Below are positions 11,319 through 25,719 of a stretch of DNA of 64,000 bases, one piece after another (the first letter of the stretch is position 1; each line of letters begins with the position of its first letter). The position numbers and the translations under genes were made by a program. This stretch comes from Styela clava (Eukaryota), in assembly GCF_964204865.1 (NCBI RefSeq), contig NC_135253.1:12090001-12154000 (forward strand). Reading direction: 5' to 3'. The notes beneath the pieces are model-generated. The model saw nothing but the letters and a program-made list of their open reading frames with translations, did no database searches and was not told where the DNA came from.

Positions 11319-14300
11319 ATGAAGTCTTTTTGTTTGGTAGTAGGTGGATTTTTATTATTGCAAAACTCTTTAACCAATGGAGCCGAGCTTTCTGCGTTGG
11401 GTAAGTTTTATGCTAATTAATCAGTTTAAAATCTTTATCTGAATAAGGTAACTCAATTAAAACTTTTATCGGTTGAAAGTATCCGATTACGATGTGGAGT
11501 GTTTGCTATTTAGTTGGGAAAATAATGGCAATGTATTAATACCGAACATGTTAAATTTTATTACACTGATGCGACGAAAGATAGGTTATTTTACTGTAGT
11601 TTATTTACTGCACGGGCTGACTCGGTCCGATTCGACTAACCAGCCCAGAAAGCAATAATTGATAATAGGCTTAGCTGACCATTCTGTCGTATTCTGCGAA
11701 TTGACCGTTAGCTGTTAGAATATCTGGAAAGGCGTGGCCCGACAGGAAACGATAGCTATAGAGAGTATGGATCTCTTTGAATTTTTGTATAAAATAATAA
11801 CGTATATAACAATTTAATTTAAATTCTCAAACTTTGAATTCATGTCTCAAACTGTCAGTTATTATTAATGATCTTTATTTATGAATGAACGTCGTGTCAC
11901 CCGTGTGTATGAATACGCCTTTACTTAATTTGGAAGGCTGGGTACCTACCCCTGTTTATATGTGAGATATGTATTTTTATGTTCTCTTCAACTTAGGCAG
12001 TTAGGCTACTTTGGTAGGTTTTTGTACGACCTTAACCTTTAACTATTTGGAATGAGACCAATTGTTCTTCATGGGGTGAGTCTGCCATAGAGTGGACATC
12101 TGTAAAAGTGCGACATATATAAATTGTTACAACCGCGTCACATCAACCAAATCTTATTTTACAACAGTGTTGGAAATATTGAAATATTGCTTGTTTTTAG
12201 ATCAAAATGTATTCAAAAGTTTGAAGAAACAAGCGTTACGAACATTGAGTGGTAATTTCACAACGAAAGCCATTCTTATGGAATATCTACTACACAAGTA
12301 AGCAGAACTGTCTTTGTATTAGAACAAAAAGCTATAAATTAACTCCAACATAAAATAAATAATAATACGATTGGCCTACAGCCCTACACGATTGAACCGA
12401 ACGAGAAACCGAAAGCCTGTTGCCAAAACATTCAATATATTCTCAAGTTGAATCGACTACTACTCATTTACATTACTTTATTGTCTTTCACTAACTGCAT
12501 TGTTCTACATATGATGACGTTAAAAATGATTTCCCAAATTTATAGTCATATAGACCCAGTTTATACTCAAGAAAATCCTTTGTGCATTCTTGAAATAGAT
12601 TATTTTCAAATGTTGATAGTTAAAAGAGTAATATTATGCAGAAACATGATTGAAGAAGTTTCGGCGCAATTTGGATCATTCGATATACTTCCGGGAAGAA
12701 TGTTGACACAACTACCAAAGACCAAGGGCACATTGTCGGGAGATTTCAACGTAGAGATTAAAATGTGAGACAAGTTTAAATCTGTAAATTTCGTGTATCT
12801 CGGGATGGGAGATGGGTATATCCATATGAATTTTTCGAACTTGAAACAACATCGTAATTAGACGATTCTGAATCAATAAGTGCTGGCATTTCGTTCTGTT
12901 TGAGACTGTTTGCCACTTTTTCCGCATAGGTATGTAAATATGGTTTCAAATCGTCATGTGAACGCCTTTATCCGTAACATGCTTATCAGATTGCTATATA
13001 GTAATAGAAGTCTTCTCACGTTAACTATTTCCATCCCACTCGACCTGGCCGCCACCAAAATTTCATTTCAGGACATAAAAACGCTGCCTGGCTTTAACAT
13101 TCGAATGATGTTTTTTTTTTTGCTCAGAAATTGGAAAAAATCCGGTGTGAACTTGTATGCGGATGGAAAATACGAGGCAAGAATAGAAGATGTCAATTTG
13201 GAAATAGACATCAGACTGCCAAATGCAAAAAGTAATAATTTAGAATTTTATGTTAACATTGAAATACATTTTTACTCGGACAGTAAAACAAAAGTATGCC
13301 AAGGAAACATCATGCATGACGAGTATAAATAAAGCACAACCGGTGTTAGCAACACGATATGGAATGGACACCGGAGTATAGCAGAGGGGGGGATATAAAA
13401 AAAAACAGGCCCTGATGACGTTTTTCTATACAGAAATTAGAAACGTCGGCAAATTAATTCGTTTTGCTACCTTTTGAGTGTTCGAGTCGGACCACATGTG
13501 CTTATTCGCTTGGGCACATCGATATCCTTTTTTTTATTTTCAAAGTTATAAAGGATTTAAATAATATTTTAATTTTACTGAACCACATATACAGGTTTTC
13601 AGGCACGATGTTGAACACTGACATGTTTTCGTGGCTTTGCTGGCTATCTTACAGTTTTTAGTTGTGTTTGCGAAATTTAGATATAAATCAAATACTTCAA
13701 TGGTAATTTTGTTTGCCGAGTTTTGGTTTAGTTGCAATAGTTCCGAAAAATCTGCGCAAGACTTGGCTAAAATAGGCTTATTAACCAGTTTTATTGGATG
13801 GCAGGTGGGTAAATATCTTGATTCAAAATAATGGCTATGAACCTGAAGACAATTTGTACGCGGCAACTGGGTTTGGCAGTCGAAAAAACATTCATGCAGA
13901 CGGCGGCGTTTTGATTAGCGATCAATCATATGATTGGGAACCAGAACCAACGTTGCTTGATATTGAGTATGAGGAGGTTCCGAGGCAATAAAACTTGCCA
14001 AACCCAAAGCGCAAAAACGGGGCAAGCGCTCATGATATTTCTTCGATTTAAACTTTACATACATATGTATTGATACGATACTGTCCAGAAACGTTTGCAT
14101 TTGGATACATTTCGTAACTAAAACATATAATTTTTCATTTCAGATAAATCAATGGGTTTAAATGGTTGCGTGGCAACCGTTTCCAAACTCGATCTTGATC
14201 TGAAAACCGACAACGAAGACAAACAGAAAGGGCTGCTGAAGAATTTGAAAGATTGGCTCAAGTCAGCAATGATGCCAGGTTTCTCCATTTTGTTCTGCGA

Positions 14301-14862
14301 CACGATGCAAAAGTAAGTTATTTTGATTCATCTTTTAAATTCACCGTGCGCCTTTCTCCTTCAGAGTCAAATAGTAAATTCAGGCTTGGAAATATACAAT
14401 TGCATGTCGCTGCAATAACTTGTGCAGTTGGTATTAGTTCTGGATATAATAAATTCATTCAGTTCACATTATGAGTGCAATAATCAGTTTCGAAGACAGA
14501 ACTGTGTAGATACGTCAAGCCATTTATCACTACTGCTTCTCTGTGACAGTGTTTTTAATTAAGAGCTTGAATTCATTGTGACTAAACTGGTGGCCAAAAT
14601 ATGATGGGTATGTAGGACTTTCTTGGGGTGTTATCATGAATCGGCCAGGTATATAATTTTATTATAACGTTCAATAAAAATCTAAACCATATCATTTCAG
14701 AGACCCATTTACTAAATGCCCTCTAAATTCACATAACATATACAGAAGAATCGGATAACTGATTATATCTGTTCATCCAGGTTTCTCGTCAACGGAACGA
14801 ATACTGCAGTTGTACAAGCACTTCAAAATCGAATATGCATGTTGAGGCCAGAAACCTGCTGA
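11319..14862 (+). CDS. Secreted single-domain BPI/LBP-fold-like protein, paralog 2
   Basis: In-frame exons 11319-11400, 12201-12297, 12642-12764, 13128-13231, 14144-14312, 14781-14862. Signal peptide MKSFCLVVGGFLLLQNSLTNG. Aligns with paralog 1 (GNFTT/GNLTT, GCVAT/GCNAT, W...P...FC) with matching intron phases. Confidence 0.72.
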
Positions 14863-17800
14863 CAGCCTCAATAAACACGAATGGTTTAGACTCCACACAG
14901 CGTTATATACATTATCCAATCACAACAAACAATGACACGAATGGAATCTTACTGTGTTGTCGCTTTTGTGAATGCCCGAAAGCAAATATCGTGGTTCGCT
15001 ATAATTTATGCCCAGTCATCGATGTGTAATTGTCATTATCAGATGTCGAAGATTACTAAACACTAAAAATAAATATAGTTCAAGCGCGTAACGAAGTTGC
15101 ATTTTTAAATATCATTGATTGAAAACTGCCACTACTCATCGCGATGAGCCGAGTGTGGGCTTAATTCTGGATTGGGATGCATATATTTAATAATTTGATA
15201 AAAACTTAGATAATTATAGCTCATCATTAGTTTATCAGTAAATATTGCATGTCGCCCCGGGTTATTTTATCAAGTATATGATGTCGTGGAATCAAACTAT
15301 TTTAATATAAAATCGACAATGTGAATTTAATCACTGTAAGATATTTAGAGCTACGATCGCTTTTATTTTTTAAACAGCACGGACATTAAACCTATTTTTT
15401 CGATTATGCCAACAGTATAAAACTTGAATTCGAGTTGTGCATGATGAAAGCTTTATTGATTATGTAATTAATATACCCTGCAATTATTATATATACTATA
15501 AATCGTCTAACATTGGGTTAATTTTTTCTGTAATAGTCCCCGTTGGAGGGATTAATAAGACGTGATATAAAATATTCCGACAACTGGTGTATTCATGCTT
15601 AATCTGGACAGAGGGCAACTTCGTGTGACAGCACTATGTGGCAGATTTCATTTCGTATTAGCGCTATATACGATAGTTTATGTTGAGACAAACATCAGAA
15701 GACCGACCTTAGCCTTATCTTCGTCTTCTTTTTTTAACGATGGTCCATATCATAAAACGGCATTTTTTATACAAGTTTGCCTGTCGAAAGTCCCGAGACC
15801 TCGCAGAAGAGTCGCACGAAACCACAAAAGCGCTAAGAGCTATCATAGATTTATTCCGACATAGATGCCAGTGGATTGCGGTTGGCACGAGACTTGGAAC
15901 AATTCGAGTGAATATTGTAGCCTACAGATAGATAAAAAAAATGGAATTCTACAGCAGAAGGTATTGTGAAGAACTTTTGATAACAAGTTGGAACATGTAC
16001 ATAGCGCACGGATGAGACCAAGCGGAACTACCAAAATTTTTCATTAGAGGAAACAAGGGAGAGGGTTGGAAGTCTGTTATAACACCTGTGAAATAAGCCA
16101 AAGCTACACTTCATCGACAGGAACGATTTTTGAAGGCCATATTTATTATTTTTTTTCCAATTTTATCAAGAATGTAAATTACGTTCGTGGAGGTCCAACC
16201 CATAAAAGGGCGTGTCGTGGACTTCTCGTGAAGCGACGTAAGCACTCCGATGATAAGTATCAATGAGTGCAATCATTAAACCAGACTTTCTTGAAAATTT
16301 ACTCAATGAATCATACCATGACCTATTAACGAATGGAGTTTCATGTGACAATTCAATTGAGTTAACATCAATTTTAAGGTAACAATTGGTGGATTAAAAC
16401 TTGTTTTTTTGGTAGGCTTCTTAGAACCAATACGTGGCTTGTCACGTGCTACTAATCCGTCACAAGAACTGGACATTTTCGAATACCTGATGATTTCAGA
16501 TTATTCAGTCGGTTGGCCGAATTGTCACTCACAATACGAAACATGTCTCATCAATAACCCACTAGGAAGAAGAGAGTCTTATGCCATGTTGGCAGTTTAA
16601 AAATACAGAAGCTGCTAGTCTGTGCCTGTTTCGGATATGCCGCAGAGCGAATTGAAAGAAAAACAGCCTTGGTAATCGTAACGTCCCCACGGGATATGGC
16701 TTTCCTACAAAATTGAAGGATTCAACTCGACCATTGGGTGGGCAAATATATTTATATATATACCGGATATTATTACAATGTTATTCCTTTTCGCGACAGG
16801 TGTCATAATAGTAATACAGTCCAGAAACTATATAAGTTTTCAGTCCAAAATAAGAGACTTCATCATGCAGAAATGCTAGTATATTCATCATAAGAATTTA
16901 AGTGATAATTCTAAACAAATCGTGACAACAGAGAGCAAACTTCGTCCCACTTGTTTTGTGATGTTAACGTTCGAAGGTTTTCTGTAGTTTTCAGTAATCG
17001 TTTTAGTTTCCTGTGAAACAGTTTTTTAAAGGTAAATTCCTCTTACGTTATAACATCCCAGTTGTCGGGCGTTCGGGATGTTCATGAAAGGTTTAGAAAT
17101 AAGAAAGCCTTATTAAATTTATATAATCTCGAGGTTTCAACGAATGTTTCCCCGAGCATAACCGTCCCTCATTACTTCTGTGTCATTGACTAATCAGGAA
17201 AATGTCAACAGTTACTGTTGAAATGTAGCAGCCGCTCAGAAAAAAATTTTTCGCTCAGACAGATTTTCAGGCGTCTCAATTTCGTTTCACGGTTTATCAG
17301 AAAATAATGTCATTTTATACTTAGTTAATTTGTTTTGTCGGCCGCGAAATTTCAGTTCAGCTGCAGTAAACAAAACTTAACCCGAAAAAGCTGCGATTGA
17401 AAAAGTCAAGATTAATTACCCGCACTATATATGACAGCCTTGAGGGGTGGTTAACTAATTTGAATTGAAGGTCGTGGAAACATCCATGCTCTTCTTAAAT
17501 TTGTTTCCATAAGCAACACTTCGCAAGCACATTTTCAGGTGGGCTTTATTAATATTTTGTATACTGTCGACGAGTAAACAAATCGGTTGATAAGCCGTTT
17601 TTTATCGCATTAAAATCTATATATTATATGAGAATGAAGCATTATTTACCTCAAAAAGGCGTTGTGATCTGGCACGTCAATCTGCTCCAAATCAAGAAAA
17701 TGACGTGATATCTCGCGCAAAATTGTCACAAACAGTACTTGTATCTCCGACAATCTGAAAATGTCAAAACAACTTTAATTTGTGACGAACATATGTTTCT

Positions 17801-18596
17801 CCTCCCAATTCGCAAATATTTCAACAATGCTAAAAGCATATTTGCGGGATAGAACCAAAAGTGATTTAGCAGCCGAAGTAGGACATGCAAAAATACAGAA
17901 TATGGTGCACTTTAGTGAAAATGGTACATCCGAAAAACGAATAATTAGAACCAATCATGGAGATACTGTCGAGTTTATAACAGTTGTCCGAAACAGGGTA
18001 ACCTACTCTTAATCAGTCATTAAATTCGCCGTATGTAAATGTATAGTCAATCAAGCCAGGTCTTAGATATACGAACGTTACATTTATTCGTCGATTTTTG
18101 ATTTTTGCGTTAGCATACCATCTTTTATATGATCTCTGTAATTCATTATGATGGTGAATCCTATCCGCAACGACAAATTAAAATGCCCTTTTCAACTCTG
18201 CTATCAAACGCGCATTCTTGATCTGCGATAAGAACCATTCAAAAGAAAGGCAGAACATCGACGTACAATCAGATATTGCCACAAACTATTTTAAAGTAGG
18301 TACATTCGTAATGAGCATACGATCTACCAATAACTTTTTTGGCACTACATTGTAGAAATTTCAATCAACCTTTGGATATTTGGAAATATTTCGTGAAAAT
18401 AGAGAAAATTTGCAACGAGCGTCAATTACCGGCATTTCATTATTTATTGTTGGTATTTTTTTACGTACGCCGATTTAGGCAACTATCAGCAAATGTCGCG
18501 AAATACCAAATTTGCTTTCTAGCGTTTTGGCAGACTATACAACAGTCAGTTGGGGCCTAGCTCGTATAACGGCGCTTCATATTATTTAACAATTAC

Positions 18597-21500
18597 CTAC
18601 CTATTTACCATATTTTTGTAATTCACTCTCTGACGTGATCTCAGCGATCTATCACAGAATGATTGCCATCTTTCGTGAAGATAATCTAATACGTTATTAG
18701 CGGAGGTCAAAGATTCGTCGGTGATATGGCAAAGCACAACAACAATTTCCAAATATTTCTTATCACTGCGGTACAGCAATGCCGATTCCGCGATGTAAGG
18801 TGCGTCGCCGACGTCTTGGAATGTTCCACTATCGCCAGCATCACTGTGAAACACTTCGGGAGTTTGAACATATTTAAACTGCTCGATTGTGGCTTTTGAT
18901 TTCAGATAAGACCGCTTCGCAATGTTGAGAGGGTGGAATAGCGAGCAGTAGCCTTTTAGTTGGTTGTCAAAACTTGTTGCAAATCTTTTTAGGAAACAAT
19001 CTTCATGTGTCCCGTCTTCTAAACATTCACCCAAGGCAGCTTCGTCTAATGTATTCCATTTTTGTTCTCTGGTTAGGCACCACAAAACTCGTAAGGTTAA
19101 GCAAATAAGAACGCTCGCAATTTGACTTTTTATGATTGCCAACGACATTTCTCCATGCGACAGTCGGTCTCGTATACGCACTCCGTCCTGAAGCACAAAT
19201 AGATCCATAAGTACCATCTGGAAACAACAGAGCAATGCTTAAATACAATTCTAAAATTCAAAAAACTAATCGCAGCACCCCTGCGACTCACGAGGGAATG
19301 TGGCTGAGCATAAGAATCCGCAAAACCGAAACGAAGGACAATCGACGAGATCATACTTATAAAAAAAAAAATGTCCCATGAACTAAAATGGTGAAATTTT
19401 AGGTGAAACATTGGATCTCACGTACCCATGTTCAAGTACTTAAATTTGAAATCGTTTGGCTTATTAGTTACGTGGGAAAAGAATTTTCCCGCCACCACAA
19501 AAGAAGTCCCCGCAACAAGATTAACAACAGCGATCCGTGCCCAAAAAGCATGTCATAGAAACGTTGCACGGTTTTAGGCGCGAGAAACACGGAATTAGCG
19601 TCCGAAAGCAGAAATCGTTGCGGACAACCATGTGACAGCGCCTCCTGCGACAATCGTCGAACTATTTGCAGCCGTGATAGGCTTCTTCTGTGGACTAACA
19701 CCAAAGAATGCCATAACAAAACCCCTACACCAGATATACGGCAAGGCAGCGATATATGAATACATCAATTATTTCAGCAGGATACAGAAACATATTATTG
19801 TGACACAAAATTATCCCACACAAAATAACAACAATGAGCGGGATCACTTTGTGCCAGGACTGTGAAGTGCGAAAATTGACATAAGAGAATTGGATTCTTT
19901 TTCAGTTTTATCAGACTAAAATGCATTTCTGCACCCTAGAGCAGCGTTTCCCAACCTTTTTTGTCGCAACTATTTTCTCACCGGCGAAAACCTTTGCGGA
20001 CTCAAGGTGCGTGGTATTTCATCTGTACTCTGTGTGAAGACGCAATAAAACCAAACACAAAAGAATTTTAACGAATTTCAACAATGGCTTTTTTGTCGCA
20101 CAATATTCAATCCATGACAACGACTAGAATTTAAAATGTCTTTCTATTTTAATTTAACTGTGTTCACAGTCCCTCGCTGTTGCGTCTTCTTTAAAATGCC
20201 ACGGCAATCTGCGAACATAATAATGGGAAAATATATTGCCCGATTATATTTAGTTTTGATAGATATTTTTTGCGATCTTGCGAATTTGTTATCATTGTTA
20301 GAAAAATCCTACTATCTGCTATAAATTTCCAGAAAGTACAACCTAATTTAGTACTTATTCAAAATATATTTAAAGTATATTAGTTAATCAAAAATACATA
20401 TTCCTGCCTCGTTTTATTATTAATTTGATTGTGATCATTTCAATCCGCGGTTGTGTCGTCGAAATAAAAACAATACTACTGAGAAAATATCATGACAATC
20501 CTTGGACACAAAAATGCGTGGTAAAGTGCCCGATTATATTTTGTTTTGATTCGTATTTTTGTGAATTCGACAAATCTGAGCTGTTCGTACACCTACGGCA
20601 GTACTATACGTACCAATGTGGAGGCAGTTTGATCAAGCAACGCGCAAGTGACCTGTCGCGTCACCTGTTATCGAATTTTTGAATATTAAATTGCTATTCT
20701 ACTGGCTGAATATATGACTCGATTAATGTTATGTGGATAAACTTGCTTTTTATGTTTTATGTAAATTCTAACGTAAATCCTCACTTGGCTGATAGTTGAG
20801 TTTCACAGAAACGTTTGCGGCCCGCAGTGAATTTCTGGCTCGTTGCGGACTCATTCAAACGCTCCGTGGACTTATTTGAGACCGCGGACTCTGGTTGGGA
20901 AACACTGCTCTAGAGAGTCTAGTGAGATTGGAAGTCCAGATCTCACTTGAGGCAGTTTGAAGATACGACTACATCTCTTGATTCCATTATCCAATAAAAT
21001 TAATACACACCAAACTCCCAACTCTGCTTCAAGCTCTACCATGAAATGTATACATAGGCATCTTTTAACATTAAGAATATCCTCTCTACGCTATTGCTAA
21101 TAGACCTACATTGAACATTCATGTTCAAATCCCGCAGGTGATGATCATGAGGGAAAAGAGAGTTACTGGACTTATCATGAGATGTTTCCGTTGACTGATG
21201 GCCAGTCAACAAAAAGTCCTCCAGGTACTATAATTCTCATAAATAAAATACAATACTGTACCATGATCTCATCTCCCAACACGAATCGAATTCTGTTTTC
21301 TGAGCCATCATCCAAATGCTGAGCAAGAATCTGCCATAAACAATATTTTTTTATGAGACTGAGGAAGAACACAAATTTAGAATATTAAATAGGTTGATAA
21401 ACCGAAAAGCAGATATATAAAGAAGAGCAGTGAGAAATGATGCAAATCACTTTTATTGCATTGACTAGAACTGCAAGTTGTATCAATTCTGAATAAGTGG

Positions 21501-24417
21501 CTAAATGCAGTAAAAACAGCTTTAGTGTTGGCATAAAATAGGTAAATAATTGGGAAGTAGGATGGGATTAACATATTTATAACAAGGGAGAGGAAAGTGT
21601 AGATAAGACAGCTTAATCATGAGGGGAACCATGGCCTTTGGTCCAGTTACCGTTCCCATCGGGTATGGGATTAGTTAGTTATTCGTTTTCGAAAGCATGG
21701 ACTTGACGGCGGAGGAAACCGTAACCGCACCTGCGAACTCACGCAGAGTAACCAGAGGTGCGGTGGCGAGCATATTCCCACCGCTTAGCACGATGAGCCA
21801 AACTGCTGCATCTTTTCTCTCTTATCCAGGGAATTAAATTTACTACCAAAACAGTGGAATAGGATCCGCCGAAAAGTTTGAGTCATGGCTCATATTAGCG
21901 GAATGAGGAGCATACTTATGACAGGAAATATCTCCACAAACCTCATCGAGTGTGGTGTATAAGCTAGAAGATTCAGCAGTAAGAATCCTTTCTTCACAAT
22001 CATTGCTCTGAGCAAAAAGTATTCTCAACCAGGTTTCAAAACAAGGGATGATCAAGGTCACACAATCACCGAATCTGGAATTTATTATATATAAGTGCAC
22101 AAACATACTATATACAAAAGTAGGTGGTTATATATCAAGAAATAAACTTTGTGTGTAAAGTGTCTAGTATTGTAGCAGTGAATACATTTCCTGATATGAT
22201 TTTCAGATGGTTGATGTCATAATATAACAAGATTTTCTCAAATATTTCTTAAAGGCGAGGCCAGAAATAGAATCAGCAAGCACATTTTATAATAGAATAA
22301 TTGATCCAATCAATAAAATATTCAATTTATATGTACAAACTCACTCTTTCTGAGCATACAGATTGAAGCTTTCTTCAAGAAATGGCCACAAAACTGGGCA
22401 AATATGACTGTCTGATATGCATCTCCAAATTTTATCAACATCTTTTAGAAGAGATGTGCCTAATATGTATAATACACATTGATAATGACATCATGAAGAC
22501 ACTATCGAATTCCATTTGAATAATATGAAAAAATTAGAATGATATAGTATCCAGGGATGTGCAACACTAAAAAATCAAGTATTCAGAATACATTTTTGGA
22601 AATAATCTTTTCAATTATGGGAATGAATTATAAATTGGATCAGGTCAGGGGTGATATGGAGGACTCTTTTTATTCAAAAACTTGAGAATGCAGGGGAAAA
22701 AAGAGCACGAATAATATAATTGGTTCACTTTTTAATGTTCAGAACTTAAAGGAATAAAGCTGAAACCTAAATGCTCAAAATGATATTTTCCAAATGAAAC
22801 TATTCTAAATTCTTATCAAAACCAAGAATTTAAAAGAGTGAATATAATGAATCAAAACACCAAACGAACTAACATTGAAGTCTATCACGAAACAGTTGCA
22901 TTGGATATGAATCAGAAATAAGTGGTCTTTGTTGAATCTTATCCTCATGTAAATTCAATACCGATGCTAGAGATTCACAAATGCATAGAAGAAGAGAAAC
23001 AAACCTGCAAAAAATTTGAAAACAATCAGCTTCTATAAAAGATTTGTATGAATGGAAAAGATAATATTCTGCGATTCTCTCAGTATCAGTACCAATTACG
23101 TCTTACATATCGGCATTTAAAGATGATCTCAACTATGATAATAGTTAATGATAATCAGTAATATGGAACCTGCCATTTTTGTTGCTTTGGTTAGAATTGC
23201 AGTCTTAGTTTCTTTCCATGTCAAAACTTGAACAAAACATCATATCCCTGATAAAAATCACCATATTTCTTAGCAATAAGTTTTATTTTTCAATCTTATT
23301 AAATCTAACACAATATTTTCAACAATATAAATCATTTAACATATAACGCACACATGTGGGATTTCTGCTGGTCCTAGAAATCCATGCCACACCAAATTTC
23401 TCAAATTAATACCATGTGGGTTTCCAATCAAAACCTGTAATAATTTCATTCTGTTTGCACCAAACAACTTCCAGAGTCCATCATCCAACAGTAAATCCCG
23501 AAGTAAAAATGGACATGTTCCTCCCAGCGAAACACAAGCCTAAAATAATCACAACATACATTATAGCTCAGTCATGAAAACTACACCAAGGTCTTAATAG
23601 GAGAGTAGAGCTTGCGAAGAGAATATGGCATTTAATGGAGTATGAATAGAAAATAATGCCAATTCATACTAAGTAACTATCAATCTGTAATAATAGATTT
23701 ACATAATATGGGAATATACTAGAGAATACCCAATAAACTTTGTCATGATATTGCCAGTAAACAGTTATTAATGCAACTGCGGGTTATGATTAGGAATTTC
23801 ACATTTGCACTAAATTGAAAAAATATCATTTGGGTACTGTTGATGTAAGGTAGGTATTAGCCACTTCAACGACAGTGCTGAAAAGGCTGGTGGAAACACC
23901 ATGATTAATAAATAGAATAAGAAAAATCCAGCATTTGGGTACATAATTATTCCATATTATTTGAACATGGTTTTCCTATAAAGATCAATCTGTGAAACCC
24001 TCCTGTGCAATAATAATTGGCAAACAAAGCAATCCTTACATCACCGAGTGCTCTCTCTAATGCAGATGTAAACTTGAGTAGTGCCAACATCATTTGTGCT
24101 GGCTTTTCGACCATAAAGATCGTCTGAAATGAAACCATCGTATAAGTCGAGAGCCATGTTTCTGTATGATTTTCAGTGTTATTCAACTTGAAAGGATGTA
24201 GCAGCTTGGCATAAGGAGAAATTGCCCTCAGAGCCTCCAAATAAGTTGCTGGAGCACCAAGTTCAATGGAGGAAATAATTGTACCAATAGATTTCAAAAC
24301 TTCATCCTTTGTAGGTTTCTGAGTATAAGACAGCCCCAAGTCAGCAGTTTCATTAACAAGATCACATACTAAATATTTTACATTTGGTGATAGAAAAGTG
24401 TTGATTGAAGAAAGCAT
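18597..24417 (-). CDS. ERMARD: ER membrane-associated RNA degradation protein (C6orf70, DUF4209)
   Basis: About 7 exons carrying family motifs: KFTSALERALGD, CPFLLRDLL, GINLRNLVWHGF, RILTAESSSLYTTLDE, ILAQHLDDG, DGVRIRDRLSHGE. The last exon is 18597-19217. Confidence 0.9.
19942..20907. mobile_element. hAT MITE in last ERMARD intron
   Basis: TIRs CAGCGTTTCCCAACC...GGTTGGGAAACACTG. TSD CCCTAGAG/CTCTAGAG matches 7/8. Confidence 0.85.
21629..21808 (-). mobile_element. Internally deleted copy of the 9.4-kb SINE
   Basis: Shares GTATGGGATT, CATGGAC..GGAAACCGTAACCG, CCTGCGAACT and TTAGCA.GATG.GCCAA with 9353-9613. Lacks the B-box segment. Confidence 0.65.
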
Positions 24418-24723
24418 TCCATAGCAACTAAAAAATTAATAAAAGATTACGAACACCAGTGCTGCGACAGTGTTATTATAATTAAAAAGATAAATCAATT
24501 TGCACAAATGATAGCCAATCATTCGAGGTACATGATATTACAAAGATGTGAATGAAGGCATATACAGCATGTATGCACAATATGCGTGTACTTATATTCA
24601 TTATCCTTAGAATGATACTCAAAATTTAATATGACTAAATTCATAGAAATAAGCAACACAAGACCAATTATCCATAACATCTCTTCTCTTCTCTGAGTAT
24701 ATACAACATTTTTTCCATAGATT

Positions 24724-25719
24724 CTACAAGTTTTTATGCAATTTATGATCAGTTTCAGAAAAGGACAATAAAATATCATTCAAATACTTTTTCCTATCTG
24801 TGAAACTAGGACCAACGGGATCAAATGGTTTAAGTAAACCTTGCTTTACGTCTCCATCAGCAGTATACATCACTTCACCTTTTTTTCCTAGAAGAACTCT
24901 AAGAGATTGATTAGTCTCACCCAATTTATTGAATAATTCAACACCACCTATTGCATAACGTGGAGAAATCTTAGCTGCATCAATGTCGGCTAATTGATTT
25001 ATTTTACGACTTAAAGCAGCTTTTGTTAATTTACACAAAATGTAAGACAAAAATGCACCAGCAAATACCATACTCAAAATTTGTTTTAATGAAACAGGTA
25101 CACCCCTTAGAAAGAGCAGCTTAGGTGAATATATAGATGTAAAATACCCAACGATTACAAATGCTGAGGGAATCAATGATTGATAAATTGCCCAGTTTCT
25201 TTGAATGTATGATAGATGCCTTGCAATAGCAAATCGCTTGGCATCATCAGACAACAACAAGCTTTTCATGAGTTTTACTTCACTTTCATCAATTTTTTCG
25301 AAAACAACTGGTTTCGATAAACTTAATCGACTCAAATTTTTACTCTTGCATATATCCATTCGAGATATTTCTTCGACTGAGTCGCAAAAATATGAACAAG
25401 GTATGCCAATATGACTTTGTCCAAGATCAAAAGCTGAAAACCCAGCACTGACAACATCGGTAGTACGTGCTATAAAAGGGGTGGTATGTAACTCTCCAGG
25501 CTTGATCCCTGCGTCTCTTTTTACTTGATTCAAAAGTTTTGATGCTTGCATAAGGGATGGGGATGCAAATCCATAAAAAGGAAAAAAGAAGTCATCAGGA
25601 AATATATGCTTCAGTGAGTTTTTCAATATCAAACCGCTGAAAAGAGCTCCAGCTATGATCCGCCTCTTGGTTTTGTTATATATTATTTTGGTAACACGGT
25701 GAGCAAATGCAGAACTCAT
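24724..25719 (-). CDS. TMEM177: Transmembrane protein 177 (mitochondrial), intronless CDS
   Basis: 331-aa ORF with IGIP, SLLLSDDAKRFAIAR, ADIDAA, YAIGGVELFNK, LRVLLG..G..MYTADGD motifs. Confidence 0.85.
   Translation of the reverse strand: MSSAFAHRVTKIIYNKTKRRIIAGALFSGLILKNSLKHIFPDDFFFPFYGFASPSLMQASKLLNQVKRDAGIKPGELHTTPFIARTTDVVSAGFSAFDLGQSHIGIPCSYFCDSVEEISRMDICKSKNLSRLSLSKPVVFEKIDESEVKLMKSLLLSDDAKRFAIARHLSYIQRNWAIYQSLIPSAFVIVGYFTSIYSPKLLFLRGVPVSLKQILSMVFAGAFLSYILCKLTKAALSRKINQLADIDAAKISPRYAIGGVELFNKLGETNQSLRVLLGKKGEVMYTADGDVKQGLLKPFDPVGPSFTDRKKYLNDILLSFSETDHKLHKNL

Noticed and set aside
13794-14030. Possible LINE ORF2 fragment (EPEPTLLDIEYEEV...) in an intron
   Set aside because: Only a faint resemblance over a short, frameshifted stretch; needs a profile search.
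15860-16080. Possible decayed RTE-type LINE 3' remnant
   Set aside because: Motifs are too degraded to support by eye.
18597-19235. Standalone orphan 212-aa gene
   Set aside because: It is the last ERMARD exon (RIRDRLSHGE motif, phase-0 acceptor at 19217).
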